In this document: in pieces, positions 8,898 through 18,980 of the stretch
Layout of the letters: each line of letters begins with the position of its first letter
Numbering within the stretch: the stretch's first letter is position 1
Assembly: GCA_016783425.1 (NCBI GenBank)
Contig: JADHWP010000003.1
Span: forward strand, 1-41,320
DNA from: Candidatus Shapirobacteria bacterium
Lineage (GTDB): Bacteria > Patescibacteriota > Microgenomatia > UBA12405 > BS750m-G30
Direction: 5' to 3'
Length of the DNA: 41,320 nt
Translations under genes and position numbers: made by a program
Notes under the pieces: model-generated
Database searches by the model: none
The model's input: the letters and a program-made list of their open reading frames with translations, nothing else
What the model was told of the DNA's origin: nothing

Positions 8898-9162
8898 CTT
8901 TTCTTTGCTTTCGCTGCCAACTCTTAATATCAGCCACTTTTTTCCAGCCGCTTTTGCTTTTAGAAACGCTTCCTATTACGGCCTCAGCAATTAAATCCAA
9001 ATCACTTCTCTCAACCATATCTAAAACCATTCTCAAAACAGCGGCTTTGCGCAAATATTGGCTTAAACTCTCCTTTGTTAAAATTCTTTCAGCCTCAATA
9101 AGAGATCTCAATTGGGGGGAGAGGGAAATCTGAGTTCGTTGGGAATAAATAGATTGTTTCAT
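8875..9162 (-). CDS. putative ribbon-helix-helix antitoxin
   Basis: QRTQISL...ESLSQYLRKA; overlaps the upstream end of vapC. Confidence 0.78.
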   Translation of the reverse strand: MKQSIYSQRTQISLSPQLRSLIEAERILTKESLSQYLRKAAVLRMVLDMVERSDLDLIAEAVIGSVSKSKSGWKKVADIKSWQRKQRKDENRHRS

Positions 9163-9165
9163 AAT

Positions 9166-9201
9166 TGATGTAACAATAACACATCATTTATAAAATGTCA
9201 A
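9166..9201 (-). promoter_or_regulatory. promoter/operator of the second vapBC
   Basis: TTGACA(9201-9196)-17 nt-TATTGT; inverted repeat TGATGT(9166-9171)/ACATCA(9181-9186) around the -10. Confidence 0.65.
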
Positions 9202-9202
9202 G

Positions 9203-9562
9203 CTAAAAACCCCTTCCCTTTTTAAAAGTTCCTCTTGGCTGATAAAGGCGTTGAAAATGTTTTACTCGCTTAACCCTTTCATTGGCTTTAGTTAAATTCA
9301 TCGCCTCATTATGGGCAATCCGGTAGTAGATCCAGGAAGAAAACTTTTTTTTGACTTTAAAACCGTGGAGGTTCACAAAGGCCTTGATAAAGGTTTGTTG
9401 GACCGCATCAGCCGCCAAATTTTCATCGCCAATTAAATAGGCTACATAGCGAATTAATTTTTCCTGATACCGAACCACAATTTCCCGATACAGTTCCTGA
9501 TTTGCATTCCTGACTAAAATCACTACCTCCTCGTCACTTAAAGCCTGGAGGTTCTTGCTCAT
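9203..9562 (-). pseudogene. truncated ECF sigma factor (region 2 only)
   Basis: SDEE..., ADAVQQTFIKAF, KFSSWIYYRIAHN; no region 4 HTH, and the sequence degenerates into the TA promoter. Confidence 0.75.
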
Positions 9563-9598
9563 CCCTAATTGTAATACATTTTTTTTCAAATATTTCTT

Positions 9599-9985
9599 TC
9601 AATAATGGTGCTCTTTTTCTTCAGCGGCCATCGCTTGAGCGCGGGTTACGTGCACTGTTCCTTTCGGATGATTAGGCGGAGAGTAAATAGTATAAAGTTT
9701 TAAATCTGCGCTTCCGGTATTAATTATATTGTGCTCGGCTCCAGCCGGCACAATAACTGCGTCTCCGTCGCCAACCGCATACTCCTGCCCATCAGTAACT
9801 ACTTTTCCCTGCCCGGCTTCAAACCGAAAAAATTGATCCACATGATCGTGAACCTCCGTCCCAATATCCTCCCCAACTTTTAAGCACATTAGCACTAGCT
9901 GGGCGTGCTTACCGGTAAATAAAACTTGGCGGAAATTACTATTTTCTAAGGTATCTTTTTCAATTTTTGAATAAAATCCACTCAT
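9599..9985 (-). CDS. cupin domain protein
   Basis: EVHDHVDQFFRFEAG, VPAGAEHNIIN, LYTIYSPPNH; AGGAGGTG RBS before ATG 9985. Confidence 0.92.
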   Translation of the reverse strand: MSGFYSKIEKDTLENSNFRQVLFTGKHAQLVLMCLKVGEDIGTEVHDHVDQFFRFEAGQGKVVTDGQEYAVGDGDAVIVPAGAEHNIINTGSADLKLYTIYSPPNHPKGTVHVTRAQAMAAEEKEHHY

Positions 9986-10195
9986 TTTTTCACCTCCTTT
10001 TTTTATTAGCTTTTTAATCATAAATTAATTATATAAACTAGGTTTGCGTAAATGCAACTACATGATTTTTCCTTCCCCCCTACAACCCAGATTCAACTTT
10101 TTATCGTTAGTCATTTTTTATATTTTACCACAAATCCCTAGCCCTCTAAACAAAACTCGAACCGTCAAGATAAAAAGTGTAGAATAGGCCATTCG

Positions 10196-11860
10196 ATGAA
10201 AGGCAAAGTAACGACCATTAAAATCGTGGGGCCGGCGGGGTTGGGGATTAAAACCAGCGGGCTACTTCTTTCCCATATTCTTCTTGAGCAAGGATATAGT
10301 GTTCATGATTACAGCGAATACCCTTCTTTAATCCGCGGCGGCCACAATACCTATCAACTTTCCTTTTCAAGCACTGAAGTAAAAGCCCCTTTTTACCAAG
10401 TTAATCTTCTTTTTTCCTTAGCCAAAAATCATTTTCAACCTCATTTAGCCGAGATGAAAAGTAAAAGCTTAATTTTTTCCGACGAGCAAAATCCAAAGGT
10501 AAAATACCTTCCCTTAGAAAAATTAGCTAAAAAGGCCGGTAATCCGGTCTTTAAAAATACTATTTGCTTGGGAGTAGCAGTTTTCCTTTTAGATTTAAAT
10601 TATTCCAAAAGTCAAAAAACCCTGAAAAACTTCTTTCCTAAAAAAGTAAAAGAAAATCTCAAAGCCTTTCAGCTAGGCTATGAATATGCCAGTAAAAACT
10701 ACTCCTCGCTCAAACTAAAAATAGACAGACTTAAAAATAAAAAAGGGCTCACTTTTAACGACGGCAACGAAGCTTTTGGGTGGGGCTTTTTGAAAGGCAG
10801 GGGAGATTTTTATGCCGCTTACCCGATGACCCCTTCCACCGGCACCCTTCATTTCCTAGCCGCTAAAGCTAAAGAGTATAAAATTAATGTTCGCCACGCG
10901 GAAGATGAAATTGGGGTAGCAAACATGGCCGCGGGAGCCGCTTTTGCCGGCGCGCGTTCAGCCGTGGGTACTTCCGGCGGAGGCTTTGCTTTAATGAGTG
11001 AGTGCATTTCTTTTTGCGGTATTACCGAAATCGGAATGGTTTTTTATTTGGTCCAACGGGTCGGGCCGGCTACGGGTATGCCCACTTGGACTGCCCAGGG
11101 AGATTTACTTTTCTATGTTTTTTCCGGACACGGTGAATTTCCGAAAATAGTTTTAGCTCCCGGGGACCAAGAAGAAAGTTTTGAATTTGGCTGGAAGGCT
11201 TTAAATTTAGCGGAAAACCTGCAAACACCAATAATCGTTATTTCTGATAAATTTTTGGGCGAATCAAGTAAAACCACTCCTGATTTTAATCAAGAAAAGC
11301 CAACTATTAACCGAGGCAAACTTTTGGATAAAAAAATTTTCAAGGGCTTTGCCCGCTATGAGACAAAGTACGCCTGCGGCCGCTCTTATCGAACCATTCC
11401 GGGAGTAAAAGGAGGAGAGTTTTTGGCCAACAGCTATGAACACGATAAACAAGGATTTTCAACCGAAGATCCGCAAAAAGCCACGCAAATGATGGAAAAA
11501 AGAATGCGCAAGTTAAAGACCGCTTTAAGAATCACTCCCAAGCCCCAGCTCTATGGACCGAAAAACTATCAGCGTTTAATTATTAGCTGGGGCTCGACCA
11601 AAGGCCCTATTTTGGAAGCAATGAAACTAGCTGGTGACCAGAAACTTGCCTTTTTACAAATCCGAACTCTGTGGCCCTTACATTCGGAAGTTAAAAAATT
11701 AATAAACCAGGCCAAAAAAATAATTATCATTGAAAATAATCAAACCAGCCAACTGACCACCTTGCTTAAAGCCCAGTTTGATTTCAAACCAACCAAAAAA
11801 ATATTAAAATTTAATGGCCGGCCCTTTTTCCCGGAGGAATTATATGAGCAATTTAAGTAA
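10196..11860 (+). CDS. korA: 2-oxoacid:ferredoxin oxidoreductase subunit alpha (gamma-alpha fusion)
   Basis: YPSLIRGGHN, YPMTPS, AEDEI, TSGGGFALM, QRVGPATGMPT. Confidence 0.93.
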   Translation: MKGKVTTIKIVGPAGLGIKTSGLLLSHILLEQGYSVHDYSEYPSLIRGGHNTYQLSFSSTEVKAPFYQVNLLFSLAKNHFQPHLAEMKSKSLIFSDEQNPKVKYLPLEKLAKKAGNPVFKNTICLGVAVFLLDLNYSKSQKTLKNFFPKKVKENLKAFQLGYEYASKNYSSLKLKIDRLKNKKGLTFNDGNEAFGWGFLKGRGDFYAAYPMTPSTGTLHFLAAKAKEYKINVRHAEDEIGVANMAAGAAFAGARSAVGTSGGGFALMSECISFCGITEIGMVFYLVQRVGPATGMPTWTAQGDLLFYVFSGHGEFPKIVLAPGDQEESFEFGWKALNLAENLQTPIIVISDKFLGESSKTTPDFNQEKPTINRGKLLDKKIFKGFARYETKYACGRSYRTIPGVKGGEFLANSYEHDKQGFSTEDPQKATQMMEKRMRKLKTALRITPKPQLYGPKNYQRLIISWGSTKGPILEAMKLAGDQKLAFLQIRTLWPLHSEVKKLINQAKKIIIIENNQTSQLTTLLKAQFDFKPTKKILKFNGRPFFPEELYEQFK

Positions 11861-12473
11861 ATACCAGACCGGTAAAATCCCCACCTGGTGCTCAGGTTGT
11901 GGTAATTTTTTACTCATAAGCGGATTACAAAAATGCTTTGCTGATCAAAATATTGATACAGAGAATATAGTTGCTGTTTATGACATTGGCTGTGCCGGCA
12001 ATATGGCGGACTTTATTCACGCTTATGGCCTTCACACTCTGCACGGCCGAGTAGTTCCGGTAGCGATGGGAGTCAAGCTTTATAATCCTAAATTAACGGT
12101 TCTTTGTATTGGCGGGGACGGCGGAATTTACGGCGAGGGCTTAAACCATTTGATTACCGCCGCCAGAGCCAATATTGATCTTAAGGTTTTTGTTTCCAAT
12201 AATTTTCTTTACTCTTTAACCACCGGCCAAACTTCACCTACCACCCCATATCAAGCGAAAACCAAATCCACTCCCCAAGGTTCACCGCTTATTCCTTTAA
12301 GAGCAATTGAGTTAATAAAAAAAGTGAATCCAAAAGTTTTCGCCAAAACGGCGACTAACCAAAAACCAAAAGAACTTTTTGCCAAGATAAAACAAGCAAT
12401 GGAATTTAAAGGATTTGCCTTACTGGATATTGAAACTGAGTGCGTCGCCTTTGGTAAGCAGCTAAAACAATAG
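11844..12473 (+). CDS. korB: 2-oxoacid:ferredoxin oxidoreductase subunit beta
   Basis: TWCSGCG, HTLHGR, TPP motif GGDG...N, TGQTSPT. Confidence 0.93.
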   Translation: MSNLSKYQTGKIPTWCSGCGNFLLISGLQKCFADQNIDTENIVAVYDIGCAGNMADFIHAYGLHTLHGRVVPVAMGVKLYNPKLTVLCIGGDGGIYGEGLNHLITAARANIDLKVFVSNNFLYSLTTGQTSPTTPYQAKTKSTPQGSPLIPLRAIELIKKVNPKVFAKTATNQKPKELFAKIKQAMEFKGFALLDIETECVAFGKQLKQ

Positions 12474-12474
12474 C

Positions 12475-13365
12475 CTAATAAACCTTCTTTTTAACTCGCT
12501 TTTTGATATACCAAATGATTAGCAGTAAGGGTAGCCAGGCAATAGCATAAACGCCCAACCAAATACCCAGGGTCCCCACACTTCTAAAGGTTTTAATTAA
12601 CGAACGGGTCGCTTGCTTAAAAATCGCTTGCGGGCGCCAGGGTTGAGCGGGCGCAAAAGGCAAAGCCAGCTCATCAGTAGAAAGATAAACGGTTATTTTC
12701 ACGCTTTGCGCACTTTTTTCCAAATAATCTGCCCGGCCTTTTAGTGAATCAATTTGTTCTTGAAGCGAAATGATTTGCCGCTGAACTTCCAAAATATCCT
12801 GCACGCTAACCGCGCTCTCCAAAATCTCTTCAAATTTCAGTTTAGTTTTTTGTAAAGTAGCAATTCTTGCTTCAAGATCAACAAACTGATCAGTAACGTC
12901 CCGGCCGCTTAAACTTTCCGAAACTACCCGTACTCCCAAGCCCCGGAAATAGTCCAAAGCTTCATTAAGCTTACTTTCCGGAACTCGAACGGTAACGTTG
13001 CCACTATCTACTCCCAAAGGAGAATCAAGATAAGAGTCAACCATATAGCCTCCTAACTCTTCTGCTTTGGCGATAATCATTTTTTGGATCTCACGCACAT
13101 TTTTTACCAAAAGAGACATCCAAGAATTTTGAATTACCAGCCGCTCCTCAACCTCCAAATTCGGCGCCGCCTCCTGATAAATTCCGCCCCGACCCAGAGA
13201 AAGATCAGCCATGGGAGCCAAGCCTGTTTTGGCTGATTCTAAAGAAGAATAATTAGAAACTAAAGTCCGGGGAATCGGAGCACCACCTCTTAAAAGCAAA
13301 GCTGTCAAACCCACAATCAGTAAAAGCTGCCAATTTTTCCTTATCCAAAGTTGAACTCTACTCAT
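12475..13365 (-). CDS. DUF4349 domain membrane protein
   Basis: GGY...TVRVP...DVTDQFVDLEAR coiled coil and a C-terminal TM. Confidence 0.85.
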   Translation of the reverse strand: MSRVQLWIRKNWQLLLIVGLTALLLRGGAPIPRTLVSNYSSLESAKTGLAPMADLSLGRGGIYQEAAPNLEVEERLVIQNSWMSLLVKNVREIQKMIIAKAEELGGYMVDSYLDSPLGVDSGNVTVRVPESKLNEALDYFRGLGVRVVSESLSGRDVTDQFVDLEARIATLQKTKLKFEEILESAVSVQDILEVQRQIISLQEQIDSLKGRADYLEKSAQSVKITVYLSTDELALPFAPAQPWRPQAIFKQATRSLIKTFRSVGTLGIWLGVYAIAWLPLLLIIWYIKKRVKKKVY

Positions 13366-13402
13366 CCCTTTAATATCTCACACCCAAAACTACTTTGCAA
13401 AT

Positions 13403-14257
13403 TTAAATATCTTCCATCACGGGCTCATCTTCAACAAATTCCGCAGGCAAACCAAGTTTTTTGAAATAATCAACCATAGCCATGCAGGCAAATTTTTCGG
13501 TCGAATAATGGGTTCCGCCCAAAATATTGATTTTATGCTTTTCAGCAAACTCATGGGCTTTTTTAGAAAAGTCATTTTTTAAAGCTACGCCAGTTACAAA
13601 AACATTTACCCCTTCTTTGGTAATCTTTTCCAGCATTTCAACCTCATTGCCGCCGCCAGTAATCAGGGCAACAACCCCATTTTTTATTTCATCATCACCA
13701 TATTTATACAAACTAACCCCATGGCCTACCGCAAACTCAAATTTTTCCTTTACCTCATAAACAGTTGCTAAATTGGTTTTTCCAAAAACTCCATACAAAG
13801 AGCCAAAATAAGGAGCAAAAGCCTTTTCCGGCTTTATCCCAAGAACTTTTGCTAAACTAACACTGGTTGAATAATCGCCAAAATTATCCAAAGGCACATG
13901 AAGGTTGTAAATAGAAATTCTTTTGTTTTTAAATTGCCGTAATAAGTCTCTGTCCATCTGCTGAAAAACTTCAGGCGCTTTTCTGATATCCCAAATAGAG
14001 GGATGGTGAACAAAAAGCATTGCGTCACAAGTACCACCAATCAAAATTTTTTGCATAACTTTTTTTGAAGGAAAAACAGCCGTGTAAACTTTATTTATCT
14101 TATTGGCAAAATCACAAACCAAGCCCATTGATCTTTTTTTAAAATTATCGCAAAGAAAATCAGCCACAGAATCCATATGCTGTGCCCATTCATCACTCAT
14201 TTTCGGAGTAATAAAATCTTTCTCAAGCTGTTGATATAATTGAGTTATTTTCATCAC
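13403..14257 (-). CDS. Nif3-like dinuclear metal protein
   Basis: FVHHP, HVPLD, GTHYSTEK. Confidence 0.88.
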   Translation of the reverse strand: MMKITQLYQQLEKDFITPKMSDEWAQHMDSVADFLCDNFKKRSMGLVCDFANKINKVYTAVFPSKKVMQKILIGGTCDAMLFVHHPSIWDIRKAPEVFQQMDRDLLRQFKNKRISIYNLHVPLDNFGDYSTSVSLAKVLGIKPEKAFAPYFGSLYGVFGKTNLATVYEVKEKFEFAVGHGVSLYKYGDDEIKNGVVALITGGGNEVEMLEKITKEGVNVFVTGVALKNDFSKKAHEFAEKHKINILGGTHYSTEKFACMAMVDYFKKLGLPAEFVEDEPVMEDI

Positions 14258-14303
14258 AATGTTTTGATTTTACTTTCAAACAAAGAGTGTGTCAATATAA
14301 AAT

Positions 14304-15128
14304 GTGAGACTGGGAGCTCATTTATCCATTGCGGAGGGAATTGAAAACGCTTTAAAAGACGCTAAAACCATTGGCGCTAATACTTTACAAATCTTTTCCG
14401 GCTCACCCAGAAGCTGGGAATTTCTAAAAAGAAGCAGTATAGAGCTGAAGAGATTTAGAGATTTAGCTAAAAAAAATGATGTTTCCCCCATCTTCGTTCA
14501 CGCTAAATACTTAGTTAATTTATCCAGTCAAGACCCTCAAATCAGGCAAAAATCAATTAATTCTTTAATCGAAGATTTAGATTTTTGCCAAAAAACAGGA
14601 GCCAGCGGAGTTATTTTTCATCCTCATCCCCAAAATTTATCTTTGCTAACCAAAAGCATTGAGAAAGTACTAGCCTCTACCCCAAAATCTACTTATTTAA
14701 TTTTGGAAAACTCGGCCCAGATAAAACTGGAAAAAATAGGAGAGATTATTAAAGTTATCAAAAACAGCCGTTTAAAATTTTGTTTGGATACGGCCCACGC
14801 TTATCAAGCCGGATATGATTTGGCCAAGGAAAAAGGAGTTAAGAAAGTTTTTGGGATTATTAAGACTAAAATCGGCTTTGAACGCTGGGTGGTTATTCAC
14901 GCCAACGACTCCAAAACCGACCTTGGCTCTCGTCACGATCAACACGAGAATATTGCCCAAGGGAAACTAGGGGCCTTACCGTTTACCATCCTTCTTCAAC
15001 ATCCAGTTTCCAAAAAACTACCATTTATTTTGGAAACTCCGGCGATCAGAACCGAGAGCTTGCCGGGCGGCATTAAAAATTTAAATACTTTAAGAAAATT
15101 AAGCCAGGTCAACTGGCACGTGATATAA
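14304..15128 (+). CDS. nfo: endonuclease IV
   Basis: GAHLS, QIFSGSPR, HAKYLVNL, ENSA, DTAH, HANDSK, DQHENI, ILETP. Confidence 0.95.
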   Translation: MRLGAHLSIAEGIENALKDAKTIGANTLQIFSGSPRSWEFLKRSSIELKRFRDLAKKNDVSPIFVHAKYLVNLSSQDPQIRQKSINSLIEDLDFCQKTGASGVIFHPHPQNLSLLTKSIEKVLASTPKSTYLILENSAQIKLEKIGEIIKVIKNSRLKFCLDTAHAYQAGYDLAKEKGVKKVFGIIKTKIGFERWVVIHANDSKTDLGSRHDQHENIAQGKLGALPFTILLQHPVSKKLPFILETPAIRTESLPGGIKNLNTLRKLSQVNWHVI

Positions 15129-15137
15129 TTTAGTATT

Positions 15138-15214
15138 GGGCGGTTAGCTCAGTTGGCTAGAGCGTTTCTTTGACGTAGAAAAGGTCACAGGTTCGAGTCC
15201 TGTACCGCCCACCA
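15138..15214 (+). tRNA. tRNA-Val(GAC)
   Basis: Cloverleaf with acceptor GGGCGGT/ACCGCCC, anticodon arm TTTCT-TTGACGT-AGAAA, TTCGAGT loop and encoded CCA; TGATATAAT promoter at 15121. Confidence 0.97.
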
Positions 15215-15458
15215 CAAACCTGAATCTCTTGAAGCCCTCACTCTTTCCAAAAAGTCGGCTCGAACAGTCCCGCAAAGCGGGACTAAAAGAGAAAAGAAAA
15301 ATTTAAAAAGAGCAAAAATCAAAAAGGCAATCTGATAAAATTATCTTGGCTGTCCAAAATTAGAATTGCGTACGGTTTAAATTTAACGCATTTTTATTGA
15401 AAAATGTAAGAGGTTTTGATAAAATAATTTACAACTCTCAAAAAGGAGGTAATGAAGT

Positions 15459-15701
15459 ATGTTAATAGACATAAGTGGCTGGATCGGGATGGTGTTAATT
15501 TTAGTAGCATATTATTTAGTCTCAGGTAAAAAGGTAACCGAAGAAGCAAAGTCTTATCAGCTTTTGAATCTCTTTGGAGCAATAGGGATTGTGGTGAATA
15601 CTTACTTTTACCGAGCGTGGCCGGCGATGACATTAAATATAGTCTGGGCTTTGATAGCATTGAAAACTCTACTCTTAAGAGAACGAAAGAGCTTAAGCTA
15701 A
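15459..15701 (+). CDS. small 3-TM membrane protein (CBU_0592-like)
   Basis: GWIG..LILVAY...YQLLNLFGA...LNIVW; AGGAGGT RBS. Confidence 0.8.
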   Translation: MLIDISGWIGMVLILVAYYLVSGKKVTEEAKSYQLLNLFGAIGIVVNTYFYRAWPAMTLNIVWALIALKTLLLRERKSLS

Positions 15702-15714
15702 ACGAGAAGAAATT

Positions 15715-16047
15715 ATGGCCAATCCTGAAATACCAGAAACAATCTATCTTGGTTATGATCCCAAAGAAGGAAGAAAAGTTCCTCCGAGGGAATTATTAAT
15801 AAGTGTCCATCGGAACGAGTTACATCGTCTTAGAATGATAATGGATACTAAACTATGTGATGAACTCGATACTCTTGAAAGAGTTTTGGACGAAATCAGA
15901 CTACGAGGTCCTGTTACACTGCCTGGTGGACAGAAAGTGCGGGTTGATTGGGGAAGCCTTGGTATTTTAACAGCTATAGTTACGAGACAATTAACTCCAT
16001 TGCAAGTCACGGAATTAATAAATAAACGCCTTGAGGAAGTCACTTAA
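15715..16047 (+). CDS. hypothetical protein
   Basis: 110-aa ORF co-oriented 13 nt after the previous gene. Confidence 0.7.
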   Translation: MANPEIPETIYLGYDPKEGRKVPPRELLISVHRNELHRLRMIMDTKLCDELDTLERVLDEIRLRGPVTLPGGQKVRVDWGSLGILTAIVTRQLTPLQVTELINKRLEEVT

Positions 16048-16140
16048 AAGACAAAAATAGTTTTTGCCTTGCAAAAACTAAAGAATTGCGTGCAATATTT
16101 GCCCGTAAGGCAAAAAGGAAAAAGCGAGGGCTAATGAGAG

Positions 16141-16482
16141 TTAAAGACTGTGAGATTTTACCAGTGTTTTCTTAGAGGCTCTTTTTTCCAACTCCTCCAT
16201 TGTTTCTAAAAAAGCTTTTTCTAAATTAACTCCGTATTTCTCGGCAATGATAATTAAACACCAAAGGCAATCAGCTAATTCGTGCTTCATTTTCTCATCC
16301 ACATCTTTAACTTCTCTTAAACCATCCTTGGCCATGGTTAGCTTAACTAAAGCGCCTACGTCTGCCGCCAAAGCTTTAGCATATTCTCCCCGATGCCATT
16401 CTTTCCCCAGTCTTTTTTTATCTGATTGAGCATATAGCTTCCAAATCCCTTTTGTTCTTTTAATTATGTCTTCAAATTCCAT
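16141..16482 (-). CDS. MazG-like nucleotide pyrophosphohydrolase
   Basis: DVGALVK...HELADCLW...YGVNLEKAF. Confidence 0.85.
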   Translation of the reverse strand: MEFEDIIKRTKGIWKLYAQSDKKRLGKEWHRGEYAKALAADVGALVKLTMAKDGLREVKDVDEKMKHELADCLWCLIIIAEKYGVNLEKAFLETMEELEKRASKKTLVKSHSL

Positions 16483-16523
16483 GTTTTAATTTTAACACAA
16501 TTCGCCCAAGGGGCAAGAAAAAT

Positions 16524-17318
16524 TCAGCTACTTGCCGAGGTGTATTTTTTTAAGGAGAAAAACCAGAACTTTAAAGAAAAATAAGAAGCTAAAATCCCAA
16601 CTAAAAGGCTAAAAATTATAGCCATTGGGTTCAACAAACCCAGCAAAGCCTTGGCGGGAACAGTAATTAAAACAATAACCGGAACAACAAAGGTTAAGGC
16701 TATCCTTACTCCTTTGCCATAAATATCAGTGGGAAACCGAGCCATACCAGTTAAGTCCCGATAAATCCAAACTAAGTGATCAATTTTAGTAGTCAATACG
16801 CAAACACTACAAACTAAAAGATGAAAAGCAAAACCAACTAAAGTGCTGTTTATCAGCAGGAGTAAAAATAAAGCAAAACTTAATGACGAGGCTAATAATT
16901 GATGAGTAAAAATATACCAAATAGTAAAAATTAAAAGCGGAAGCAAAGTAATTAAATCCAAAATATCGGTCCAGCCGAAAAGGGGCCGAAAAAAAGAAGG
17001 CAGGGGCTTCAATAAATCTAAATCATAATTACCAGAAACAACCGAAAAACGAAAAATATAAACCCCCCGGAATAAAAACTGAATAATAATATCAACAATG
17101 TTGAAAACTAAATAAAACAAAATTACTTGCTCTTTTGAATAACCCGCTAAAGAGCCAACTCCGGACAAAACGGAAAATAGAAAAATAAAAAAGAAGAAAA
17201 AGCGGATTATTTTACCAATAAGAAAAAGAAAGCCGCCCTTAGTGGTAATCAATTGCGATTGAGCTGCAATTCCCGCCATTTTTAACCAAACTCTTAAAAA
17301 TCTTTTCATTTCTTTCAA
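16524..17318 (-). CDS. ABC-2 family permease (DUF990 type)
   Basis: 6 TM; G.YD.DLLKP and ARFPTDIY motifs. Confidence 0.88.
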   Translation of the reverse strand: MKEMKRFLRVWLKMAGIAAQSQLITTKGGFLFLIGKIIRFFFFFIFLFSVLSGVGSLAGYSKEQVILFYLVFNIVDIIIQFLFRGVYIFRFSVVSGNYDLDLLKPLPSFFRPLFGWTDILDLITLLPLLIFTIWYIFTHQLLASSLSFALFLLLLINSTLVGFAFHLLVCSVCVLTTKIDHLVWIYRDLTGMARFPTDIYGKGVRIALTFVVPVIVLITVPAKALLGLLNPMAIIFSLLVGILASYFSLKFWFFSLKKYTSASS

Positions 17319-18115
17319 TTACCGGCGGCGGCATAGCGCTTCAGGCCTCGCTGCCAAACTTTATTCCTTAAATACCAAATTAAAACTATCCAAAAACTCA
17401 AAATCCCCATGATTTTAAAGCTTTCTCCCAGGCCAACAGTCTGATTCCAAATTTTTAAAGGAAAATAAATTAAATAGGGAAAAGGAGTTAAACTAAAAAT
17501 ATTAGTCAAAACTTTTGGTAAAACATCTAGGGGAAAATAAACCCCGGCCATAAACTCCAAAAAAACAATCCCAAAAAGCCAACGAGGGGCCCAAACTTCT
17601 TCAATCCAAAAAGCTAAACAAGAAGAAAGAGTACCAATTAAAAAATATAAAAGAACGGATAAGGCCACCACTAGGAAAAACAGTAAATAAGCACTTAGCT
17701 GATGGGGGACATAAAAATCCAAGCCAAGAAGCTTAACTAGCAAGAAAATCTCAAAAACAACAAAAATGATATCCAGGGCCTTAGCCGCTAAATCCCGAGA
17801 AAAAAAATAACGAAAAACATCAATCGGCTTTATTAACCACTGGCTTAAATGACTTTGAACTATGGCTCCAGGCAGATCATCAAAACTGCGAGAACTCAAA
17901 ACAACCCCCCGCAAAAAAGCTACCCCAATAACATAAGCCAGCATTTGAGACTGATTATAACCAAAAAGAGTTTCTTTGCTGGTATAAATTGCTTGCCAAA
18001 AAAAAACCAAGGTTAGGAAAAAAATAAAACTGCGAAAGCGCCAAAGAATAAAATTAAGCCGGTAAACAAAATAGTCTTGAAGGGTAAGCTTAAAAACCAA
18101 CCAATATTTTTTCAC
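17315..18115 (-). CDS. ABC-2 family permease (DUF990 type)
   Basis: YRLNF, LIKP, GVYFPLD, PFPY..YFP. Confidence 0.88.
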   Translation of the reverse strand: MKKYWLVFKLTLQDYFVYRLNFILWRFRSFIFFLTLVFFWQAIYTSKETLFGYNQSQMLAYVIGVAFLRGVVLSSRSFDDLPGAIVQSHLSQWLIKPIDVFRYFFSRDLAAKALDIIFVVFEIFLLVKLLGLDFYVPHQLSAYLLFFLVVALSVLLYFLIGTLSSCLAFWIEEVWAPRWLFGIVFLEFMAGVYFPLDVLPKVLTNIFSLTPFPYLIYFPLKIWNQTVGLGESFKIMGILSFWIVLIWYLRNKVWQRGLKRYAAAGN

Positions 18116-18218
18116 TTTAATACATTTCTCACAATAACTTAAATAAGCTATTAGTTTGCCTGCTAGTTTATATTATAATAGAAAACTAGTGGTAAATAAC
18201 AAAGTAATAAAATAAAAA

Positions 18219-18968
18219 ATGATTTCCTGGGAAAAAGCTTTAAATCAAGTTGAAAAGAATTTAACTTCTTTCAAAGACAAGCAATACTTTCAAATTCACT
18301 CGGCTCGCTATGCTTTTGTCTTGAATAAAATTAGTAAAATCAATCCCAACCAGAGCCTGAAAATTTTAGATATTGGTTGTTTCCCTGATCATTTAAGCCA
18401 AGCTTTAAAGTTTTTAGGCCATCAAATTTTTGGGATTGCCTCTACTCATGAGCCCTTAAAAAGAAAAAATGTTTTTTTGCTTAACGCCGAAAAAGACCCC
18501 TTTCCTTTTAATAACAACTTTTTTGACTTAATTTTGCTCAACGAACTAATTGAGCATTTTCCCCAATCCCCCTTGCCAGTTTTAAAAGAAGCTTTAAGAG
18601 TAACTAAAGATAAAGGATTTTTGGTTTTAACCACACCTAACGCCGTTAGGTTAATCAACAGGCTTAAGATTGCTGTCGGCCAAAACACTGCTTGCTCTAT
18701 TGATCACTTTTTTCAAAATAAGGGCCAAGGAGGCAATCTTTATCACCGTCATAATCGAGAATATAATTTTGCAGAAGTAGAATTTATTTTGAAAAAAACT
18801 AACTGGTTAGTAGTTGAGAAAAGTTTTTTTAACGGCTATCCTCCTTACCGCAAAAAAGACAAAGCACAAGCCCTCGGTATTAAAGCCTTAAAATGGCTTT
18901 ACTTTTTAACTACCCAAGCTTATCCTGCTTTTAAAGACTCGCTTTTTTTCAAAACTCAAAAAAAATAA
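18219..18968 (+). CDS. class I SAM-dependent methyltransferase
   Basis: ILDIGC, FDLILLNELIEH, LTTPN, HNREY. Confidence 0.9.
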   Translation: MISWEKALNQVEKNLTSFKDKQYFQIHSARYAFVLNKISKINPNQSLKILDIGCFPDHLSQALKFLGHQIFGIASTHEPLKRKNVFLLNAEKDPFPFNNNFFDLILLNELIEHFPQSPLPVLKEALRVTKDKGFLVLTTPNAVRLINRLKIAVGQNTACSIDHFFQNKGQGGNLYHRHNREYNFAEVEFILKKTNWLVVEKSFFNGYPPYRKKDKAQALGIKALKWLYFLTTQAYPAFKDSLFFKTQKK

Positions 18969-18980
18969 CTTTTTTCTTTT

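Noticed and set aside
15138-16500. Prophage or integrative element at tRNA-Val
   Set aside because: No integrase, no phage genes and no duplicated tRNA 3' end were found.
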